Positions 54,576-64,000 of a stretch of DNA of 64,000 nucleotides are shown here, in pieces (the first letter of the stretch is position 1; each line of letters opens with the position of its first letter). The notes under the pieces were generated by a model. It was given only the letters and a program-made list of their open reading frames with translations. It was not told the DNA's origin and made no database searches. The stretch is from Octopus vulgaris (lineage: Eukaryota). The translations under genes and the position numbers were made by a program. Location: positions 138,632,001-138,696,000 of the forward strand of contig OX597814.1 of assembly GCA_951406725.2 (NCBI GenBank), in the 5' to 3' direction.

Positions 54576-56121
54576 AAACAATAATCAACAATAATTAAGT
54601 CTAAATCTCGTCGTATTCTTTAAAAACGCATGCCTGATAAGATTTCTATTCTTTCTTTTCACTTAAATATAACGGTATAATGTATATATGTGGAAAAAAA
54701 TCGATTGAAGTGATATTTTCTTATGAATTCTGGAATCAGTAACCAAAATAGAATTTATAGTTTGGAAGATAAGCTGCGAAATGATTTTTTTCAATACAAT
54801 GCCAAATTTACAAGGATTTTGTAGCCGATTATGAAATCAGAGTTTATTTATTTGTTATGCAACAGACCAAGTTGTTAACATTGAGACATGCCTCTTTTGT
54901 CGTAGTATTAACGAAACCATGATTTTGTCTGCATGTATAACTAGCATGCATATTTTGAATATGTTTTTACAATATGTTGAAATCGTGATTATTTTCATAT
55001 ATGTTAGTCCAACAATTGTTTTCATGTCTGTATTATACTGACCATTGAATGAGTTCTTCACTCAGTTTCTTTTACCATTTTACAGAGAATCGCAGCCTTT
55101 TACATTTACCATAAATAAACGTTTTTCGTAACAGACCTTGTTCAAAGCGGTACAGTTCTCTTTTTCCTTATAGCGCACAAACATTACATAACATCTGTAC
55201 GGTTTTTGAATAAGTTTCTCGACACAAGTTGTCACTTCTAATTCCACTGCTTACATTTTTAATTTTTACATATAGCATCGATAACTTTGGATATAAATGC
55301 AAGTTTATGTATTTCGGTTTAAAATTTTTAGGTTTTTACGTAAGTTTACCATCTATGTTTACAACAATTTTGGAAAAAAATTCCCAACTCTGGTTGGTTG
55401 CTAACTTCCATTTATTATTTGAACTTTCGTAAGACTGGTTCTGCACTCAAAGTTAATTAAAGATCGTTTTGCTGCAATACTATACATCATAGGAAGATAT
55501 TGTCTCGAACTTATTTTTATGGATGCTCTGATCACACGTTACTCAAGCAAACCGGAACTTTATCGATTGAGACACTAAATTTCTTTCCTATATGATTTAT
55601 TTTGGATCTTCCTCATACTTCTGAATAAAGTTAAGGTATAGAAAACTGTAATATTCTGGTTTATCTTAAATTTTTAGACGTGTAACTGAAATGAAAAATC
55701 TTCTCGTAACATTATTGATCAGTTTTGATGGGGAAAATATCTTAGAGTCAGGCATACTAAATTATATTTTTCTCTAAAATACGAAATTCATTTATTTAGA
55801 TATAATGTGCATATTTGTAGGAATCATCATAATCATTGTAGTCATCGGCGTTGTCTCCCATTGGATATTACTGTTTCGAGTGCTTGGATTCTAAGGCTGT
55901 TACCTGGTTTCCGCAGTTAATAAGTGACTGAGTCAAGGCATTCCTCATGAACAAGATGCTTAAACGACTCTACCAATCTTTCAACTTATTCCATTAATTA
56001 AGCTTATAAATAGTAAGATGTAACATAGACACAAGCCCAGAAATTTGGATGAGGGAGACAATGTTATCAAGTCAAGTACTTGAATGTTTAATGAATTAAG
56101 CTAGTAAATTATTATATGTGT

Positions 56122-56432
56122 GGAGGTGCAATGGCACAGTGGTTAGGGCGAAAAGATCTAATGCTCCACGAGGCTCCAGCAGAGGGTGGTGGCGAACCCT
56201 GCTGTACTCTTTAGCCACAACTTTCTCTCACTCTTTCTTCTTGTTTCTGTTGTACCTGTATTTCAAAGCGCTAGCTTTGTCATACTCTGAATCACGGCGA
56301 TCTCCCCGAGAACTACATTAAGGGTACACGTGTCTTTTGAGTGCTCAGCCACTTACACGTTAATTTCACGAGCAGGCTGTTCCGTTGATCGGATCAACTG
56401 GAATCCTCGTTGTCGTAACCGACGGAGTGCCA
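56122..56432 (+). mobile_element. SINE B-related element with a different 3' tail and a deleted B box
   Basis: Shares head and body with SINE B to ~56240, then an unrelated tail ending CGTAACCGACGGAGTGCCA. Confidence 0.8.
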
Positions 56433-56588
56433 CGAATTATAAGCAAAATTTAGAATTTGAGGAAATGTAGTAACGACACAAGTCAACAACAATTAGATTA
56501 GGTTAGATAAATTCGGTTGGCGGGAAGAGTGCTGTAACTAATGTGTCGGAACTTACTGTTTGATTGAGAGAAAGGAACAAAGAAATGG

Positions 56589-56664
56589 CATATGACGTAG
56601 TGGTTAAGAGCGCGGGCTACTAATCCCAAGATTCCGAGTTCGATTCCAAGCAGTGACCTTAATG

Positions 56665-56737
<73 letters not shown>

Positions 56738-56878
56738 CAACGAAAAATACCTTAGGAATGAGAACCCAGGTTCGAAATTTTCCCAATACACCTGATGAAG
56801 GCTGGAGGGCATATCAGCCGAAAAGTTGTGTTGACAACAAACAAGATGAGGACAAATATCGTCAAATGTAAATAATGT
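56589..56878 (+). mobile_element. tRNA-headed SINE with (AAT)n spacer and hammerhead-containing tail, 10-bp TSD
   Basis: A box TGACGTAGTGG, B box GAGTTCGATTCC; AAAGAAATGG at 56579-56588 and 56879-56888. Confidence 0.85.
56788..56831 (+). ncRNA. Minimal type I hammerhead in the SINE tail
   Basis: ACAC-CUGAUGA-A-GGCUG-(10 nt)-CAGCC-GAAAAGU-U-GUGU; one change from the GAAACGUU seen in other copies. Confidence 0.75.
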
Positions 56879-57239
56879 AAAGAAATGGTTGTTGTCTTGT
56901 CGCTTGTGCTGTATACGATATTAAATATTTATGCTGTTAGTATTTGGTGAGGATCTCTCGTTCTTGTATTGCATGGAGGTGGTCTTCGAAATGCGATGTC
57001 ATAAACTTGTCGGTACTCCGTGCTTTTGACAGAATCAATTCCAATGGCTTACGGTCTTCGTGTACTATCTTTTCAGTGAACTGGTTCATTGTTTATATTT
57101 GGTTCTTCTTCTAGATCTTTTAACAATGTTCCTTGGAGAGAAAACTGTATCAGTTCTTACGGCAAATGGGCTTAGCCAACTCTCCAATGGAGTTTCCTTA
57201 TAGATAAATATTCAACATCTGTTGCATAGTGCAAGCCCA

Positions 57240-57625
57240 GAAATCTGGGTAATCGAAACAGTTAATTACTTCGTCCTTCAGTATTTGAACAGCACTTATT
57301 ATAAAGAGCACAAGGAATATAAGGCAAAATTGATCTCGGCGAGATTCGAACTCAGAACGTAAATGTGATGTAACTGAACACTGCAAAACATTTTATTCGA
57401 AGCTCTAGCTACTCTTTCTAGCCAACACAATAGTCAGTGCGTCAATCTCATAATCCACCTAAGGCGGCGAACTGGCAGAAACGTTAGCACGCCGGGCGAA
57501 ATGCGTAGCCGTATTTCGTCTGCCTTTACGTTCTGAGTTCAAATTCCGCCGAGGTCGACTTTGCCGTTCATCCTTTCGGGGTCGATAAAATAAAGTACCA
57601 GTTACGCACTGGGGTCGATGTAATC
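57240..57625. mobile_element. Head-to-head SINE C pair (old minus copy 57240-57420, young plus copy 57461-57625)
   Basis: Core matches in opposite orientations. Confidence 0.8.
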
Positions 57626-57713
57626 CATATATATGTAAGTATGTACATATATGTATGTATATATGCATATATTTATTTATTATTTATATTATATATATAT
57701 ATATATATATATA

Positions 57714-58587
57714 CGAGGTCTGATCAATAAGTATCCGGTCGGTTGTCATAGTAGCGAAGCTAATGCACGTGGAGTGAAGACAGTTGACAAAGGTTGATGT
57801 AGAACTCTGCTGTGCATGCGCACTAAGTTTTAACGTTCTAACTCACTTCTGCTGTTTACAGCAGTGCTTGGAAGGAATGTGTGTAGCGTGTGATCGTTGC
57901 ATTGACTATGACAGAGAAAGTTGTTATTGTGGTACTTGCTCAGAGGGTTACGCAAAGTTGCAGAAAGTGCATGGAGAGGAGTGTATGAACCGCTCTCTAA
58001 TGTAAGAGTGGTTCAGACGTTTCCAAGATGGCCGAAAACAAGTCGATATTGACGAACATTCTGAACTGAGAAAAACATCGTTGATGTGCGAGCCGCCGTG
58101 AGGGGGAATTGTCGAATCACCATCCGTGAGTTATCAGAGGATTTGCAGATGAGTTAAAGTTCAATTCAATCCATTATCACTGAAGATTTGGGTATGAGAC
58201 ACGTGTCTGCCAAGTTTGTGCCTAAACTGCTTTCAGCTGACCAAAAGGACAATCGGGTGTCAGTTGCACAAGATCTCTTTGATTGTGTCGAGAACGATGA
58301 AAACTTTTTTCAAAACTTTGCATAGGCCTCTGTGCAGATATCACCAAGCTTTTGGCAAAATTTGATTCAGATTCTCTGCTCAGCTTTCTCTGTCATGGTC
58401 AATGCGACGATAACACGCTACACACGCTCTTTCCAAGCACTGCTGTAAGCGGAAGTGAGCTAGAACATTAAATCTTAGTGCGCATGCACAGCAAAGTTCA
58501 AGATGAATCCGTGCCAAGCGGTTTCACTCCGTGTGCTTTAGCTTCGTTACAATGGCAGCAGTCCAGATACTTATTTATCAGACCACG
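57714..58587 (+). mobile_element. Mariner derivative with both ends built from the 5' end (long inverted arms)
   Basis: TA flanks; CGAGGTCTGATCAATAAGTATCCGG TIR; transposase N-terminus EWFRRFQDGR...ITIRELSE...VSAKFVPKLL; the right arm repeats the 5' UTR and ATG in reverse. Confidence 0.9.
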
Positions 58588-58629
58588 TATACATGTATAT
58601 ATATTTGTGTATCATTGTGTGGGTGTTTG

Positions 58630-58815
58630 TTCTCTATCACCGCTTGACGACCGATGCTGGTTTGTTTACGTTCCCCTAACATAGCAGTTCGACAAAGGGA
58701 TCCATACCTGACAAATTAAGTACTAGAGACGATTTGTTCGATTAGACCATTCAAGGCAGTGCCTTCAGCTTGGCCGCAGTCGAATGACTGAAAGATGTAA
58801 AAGATAAAAGATAAA
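58630..58815 (+). mobile_element. SINE A 3' half
   Basis: CGCTTGACGACCGATGCTGG...GGCCGCAGTCGAATGACTGAAAG. Confidence 0.8.
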
Positions 58816-59196
58816 CGATATGTTTGAGATATACTCATTTTATTTTTAACCAGGTTTAACACAGAAAATAAACGACAAAGAAAAGTTGATGCATCGTTCG
58901 TTGTTTTGCTAAAGTGAAATAAATAAACTGTGAATCAACTGTGAATCGAACCCAAACCAATTACTCAGTTCATAGAGTTGCTATCACTTCAATTACGCTC
59001 CCAATTTCCTTGGCAACGATATGAATACGTCACTAGTGTCCTGTGCTATTACCCACTGAGAGTTTGCGCTAAACACATCAAGAAAAACAATTGATTATAT
59101 TTATCGCCTCAGTGAATGACATAAATGCATATTTTTTATACGTTGTTGAAACATTTGTCGTTTGTATGAGTGGACATATGGTTGCATATAAATATT

Positions 59197-59264
<68 letters not shown>

Positions 59265-59980
59265 AGTGTGAGTATGTGTGTGTCTGTATGTGTGTGGTCA
59301 CATGTATTGACATATGAAATATGATCCAATATTTCGTGCTGAAAAGTAGGATTATGAGTGTTTTCTTTTTTGTTTTCGTAAGAGCTATTATCTGAAAATA
59401 ATAGTCCGTCACGATTCGAGTCATTACGACTACCAAATTATGACAAATGAGAACTTTACTATGTATTGAATGTCACATTTAACACAATAACTATTGGTCA
59501 ACTATTTTCACTTTAGCTAACGATATATGTAACCCTATACAATATCGCGTGTCTAGTGCGATATGCCCCAACACACACATAAAGATATAAAAATATACGC
59601 ATACATCATACATGCATACGTACGTGTATATATGCATGCGTGTAAGTATTTGCTTTGACTTGGATATAAGTGATGAAGCTACAAGCTTTTAACCACTTTT
59701 ATACAAACACCTAAATATGCATATATTCACACATACACATAGCTACACACACTCGTGTATCCGTACATACATACTTGTACGCAGACACAAAAACACAAAC
59801 ATGTATGTATGTATGTATGTATGTATGTATGTATGTATGTATGTATGTATGTATGTATGTATGTATGGTTGATAACAATTGCATGAAGCCGAATGAAACT
59901 GTTATTAAATAATACATGTAACCTCTACCGAACGTGCTGAGTGACATATTCATTCGTTTGTCTACTCACTCGTACATAAA

Positions 59981-60875
59981 CGAAGGGTACCCAAAAGAAA
60001 CCGGAATTTTGCAATATTATTTTATTCACTTAGTTTTACGTGTTTACATTTTTATCGCCTTCAAAGTATTCTCCATTTGAACCGATGCATCAGTCCACGC
60101 GCGTTTTCCACTATTTGAAGCAGTGCTGGGACATGCGAAGTGATGCCTTTTAACGCCTTCGTCGATTTTTTCTTCACCTCTTCCACATCTGCAAATTCCG
60201 TTGAACCAATTTTCGTCACCAGTGATGACCTTCGAAAAAAGGCTCCGATTAACTTCCAACTGTTCTTTCCGTTCACGACAGTCATGATTGCTTTTGATCT
60301 ACCGTGCGCAAGCGATGCACAAATTATGCTGCAGCTCTTTTCATTCGCAATTCATCGTTCAAAATTCGTTGGCAGGAGCTCCAGAACACACCAGTCATAT
60401 CAACAAGTTCATCAAATGTTCGGTGACGGCCCCGCCCAAGATCAGTTCATGAATTTTCATGATGTTTTCATTTGATCGGGAGCTCGACGACCGTCCTGAA
60501 CGAGGTTGGTCTTCAAGCGACGAGTGACCATTCCTAAAGCGTAGAAACCACTCGTAAACCTGTGTGTTGCTCATGGCAGCGTTCTTGTAAGCTTTTTGAA
60601 GCATGACAACTGTTTCGGCCGCGGTTTTCCTCAGCAGAAAACAGAATTACACGGAAGTACGCTATTACTTCGTTTCAGCCATTGCATAAATCGATAAATG
60701 ATAGGTACTCATTGCAAAACAAAGACGCACAACGTGGCTGTACGACTTCACCTGACGATGCCAGTGGGTAGACATACCTGAGAGTCGCATCAAGTGGATT
60801 CTAGCAGGGTAAGCCTGGGCTACAACGGATTTATCCCACAGAAACCGTTTCCGGTTACTTTTGGGTATTCGCTCG
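59981..60875 (-). mobile_element. Internally deleted mariner (irritans-like)
   Basis: TIRs CGAAGGGTACCCAAAAGAAACCGGAA / TTCCGGTTACTTTTGGGTATTCGCTCG; MLQKAY..QVYEWFLRFRNG..EDQPRSGR, then VITGDENW fused to the C-terminal FADVEEVK..GEYFEGD. Confidence 0.9.
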
Positions 60876-61431
60876 TATATATTTATGAGTAAAACTAAGC
60901 TGTGGAAGAGATTTAATTTCTAGCCGAATTAATAGATCTGCTAATGACCTTTCATGAATGTATGGTCGTCGTATCTACAACGTCTCAAATCGCCAAAATT
61001 GAGGAGTAGGTATCAAGAAGACTAATGATCCGGCGATAGTAGATACATTTGGCTACGAATTTCTTAAAACTAGCTTTATTTATAGAACTGGTAAATGAAA
61101 CAATTATTTTGTTTTGTAGCATAATTTTTGGTATAAATTCAAATACAACCAGATATACAAAATGTTATCTGGTACATCTGGTACTGAAGTTGCTGCCTTA
61201 CGAAAATCCTGTGTCTATGGACTTGTTTCTGCCATATTCCATGCAAATAACAAATGTTCAATTAATCCATTAATTTTCATCTTTTAGCCAAGTAGCCAAG
61301 TAGCCAAGCAATTCCTATAACCACTCACAGGACCTCCAAATCTAGTGGAAGAGTGGAAAGGCACCTGGCCTGATTACTTGTCAGGGGATGAATCCGCTAA
61401 AAGCACACAACGTCAATAAAAATATGATAGT

Positions 61432-61516
61432 GAGTCTTTGTTGGAGTCAAGACAGGACCAGGCTTCTTGAAATACTTGTACGTTAATGAGTGCTATCTTG
61501 ACTCCAACAAAGACTC
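61432..61516. repeat. Perfect 21-bp inverted repeat with 43-nt spacer
   Basis: GAGTCTTTGTTGGAGTCAAGA / TCTTGACTCCAACAAAGACTC. Confidence 0.9.
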
Positions 61517-62672
61517 GTTGACACTTTTTTAATGATCGGCTTTAATTTCAAAGAAATAAAATGTACACATGATTAAGTAGCTTATATTTTTCTAAATTCT
61601 TCTGAAACCGCCATGATTTCGAGCTGGAGATTAGTTCCAACTATATTGGTGAGAAATATGAAAAACCAAAAATTGGACATGCATACATATTGTTTACCTG
61701 ACTTGAGGAGTAGGTGTTTCTTTTGTTCATTGCGAGAACAAAGAAAATAAACAAGTTAACAGTCATTTTCTAAGCAGTCGTTAATCTTTTCCCAAACTTA
61801 ACGAAGAGAATACAGGCATAAACACTAATATGTAGATACATGCATACAGACACACATGAGCGCACGCACACATACAGACACACACACACCATATATGTGT
61901 ACATATATATATATGTGTGTGTGCGTATGTGTGTGTGGGGGGTTTGTGAAAGTATAGAGAGAGCGATGCGTACTTCATTGAGTGAACTGTAAAAACTATG
62001 TAAGGATGACCAAACATCCTTTTAAAGCTAAATCCACGCAGCACTTTGATTCGTGCATTTCTGGAAAGAAGTGCATTTTAAAATCACGTGAAATATGTAT
62101 GATCCTTAAAAATTCACAAGAGAAAACAAAACACCTCAACAATAAAATGGAGCATTGTTGGAAACGCAGAGGCAGTACAACGACCGTCTGCACTTGACTA
62201 GTAAGTATGTATGAAAAATACAAGATCTTGATTGAAACTTCTTGTCATGTTGTCATGCAAAGAAACTTAAACTACAAACTCGTACAAACAAGCCGATTTA
62301 TCCATCTCTACTAACAAGTTAATTTCAGTTACTCCACTCCTTCCGAGATGTTTTTACGAGACAGGAGTAACAATGAATCCATATGCAGAAATTTATCATC
62401 AAACCAAGCAAAAATTATTACCGTATTATGACATATGTGTCCTATCTTAGCTATTAAAATATCAATATCCTGACACCATATTGGAAAAGGGATCTTTTTT
62501 ATTGCACTCTATACGGCCACCTCAATGAACGTGTAAGCGCGAAGCAAATAAATACGTGTAGCTTCAGTCGAATGCAAAATGATTATTTTCTGCTCTATGT
62601 AATGAGTATTATTTTTCTTGTTTAATATAATATATAGGTCTCTTTCTTTCTTTTGTTATCTTACCGTTTTAT

Positions 62673-62756
<84 letters not shown>

Positions 62757-63394
62757 GTAAATAGAGAGAGAGAAAGAGAAAGAGAGAGATGTATACATAT
62801 ATATATATATATAGATAGATATATATACATGCACGTCAAAATTAAAAATCAAGCGAAGTTTATGTATTTTAAGTATTAAAAAAATTGAGAATACTATTTT
62901 CTCTTATTTCAACTGTCACTAATTGTTTCATCTATAAACATTCTGCGATCGATTAGTATATATGTATATGTACACCTATATGTGTGTGTGTGTGAGAAAG
63001 AGAGAGAGATTTGTGTACATACATACATACATACATACATACATGCATGCATACATACATATATATGTATATATGTATGTATGTTTGCATATCTACATAT
63101 AAACCAGTTTTTCATTCTTCTGTTCACTTTCTTCAGATTTTGTATATCGCATACTCTGTTTGTCTCCATTCAATATCAAGTTGTTGGCATTACATTTGTT
63201 GACAGTCTATCATTATTGTAATAAAACATCTAGCTAGCTACCGTTGGCAGAATTTAATGTGGGCTATTAAATATCTTTATTGTATTATTGTATTTTTTTA
63301 AATATGCAATTTTATATTTTTACCAGCACTTTATATATCATTAACTATTGCACAGAGCGAGATGCATCTATTCCAAACACTTATGCCCACAAAC

Positions 63395-63680
<286 letters not shown>

Positions 63681-64000
63681 CTACCAATATACATGTGTGT
63701 GTTTCTGTGTGTGTGTATTTGCGCGTGTGTGTATAGATGTATAGTTTTCCAAATGGAACACACCTACACACTTGATTACAAATTTCTACATAAATAATAA
63801 ATTCTAAACAATAACATAACTCCAGTCTTAATCAATAAAATAATTTTCCAAAATAACTCTCCATAATAACCCAGCCTAAAACCTAATTACCTACCGTTCC
63901 TCTTATGCACACACACCCAAGGAAAATGTTAACTCAACAAAGATTATAAAAAAACAAGATTAACTTTGATACATAGCAGTCCAACGATGACTTCACTGGC

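Noticed and set aside
56587-56659. Functional tRNA gene (likewise the SINE B heads)
   Set aside because: Arms pair poorly and the sequence continues into a SINE body.
61982-62223. Overlapping ORFs with a downstream GTAAGT donor
   Set aside because: No acceptor or start in the open frame and no recognisable homology.

Overview
AT-rich eukaryotic DNA packed with microsatellites and transposon remnants. The SINE repertoire and repeat landscape suggest an octopod cephalopod such as Octopus (inference from recalled families; no database search was run). I found no supportable host protein-coding exon: nearly all listed ORFs are translations of simple repeats or decayed transposon ORFs, so the window is intergenic or deep-intronic. 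It contains at least four tRNA-derived SINE families, several dead mariner/Tc1 elements, MITEs, a non-autonomous Helitron, old LINE fragments and a young, 5'-truncated Penelope-like element (PLE) with a GIY-YIG endonuclease and an inverted pseudo-LTR. The main hidden signal is a set of type I hammerhead ribozymes (HHRs) in several unrelated small elements, mostly within (TA)n tracts. One HHR carries a compensatory G3:C8 core swap. Another forms the 3' tail of a tRNA-headed SINE bounded by a 10-bp target-site duplication (TSD), a candidate PLE-mobilised ribozyme-SINE. A Tc1 transposase also carries a 119-nt spliceosomal intron. All alignments and folds were done by eye, so boundaries of old elements are approximate.
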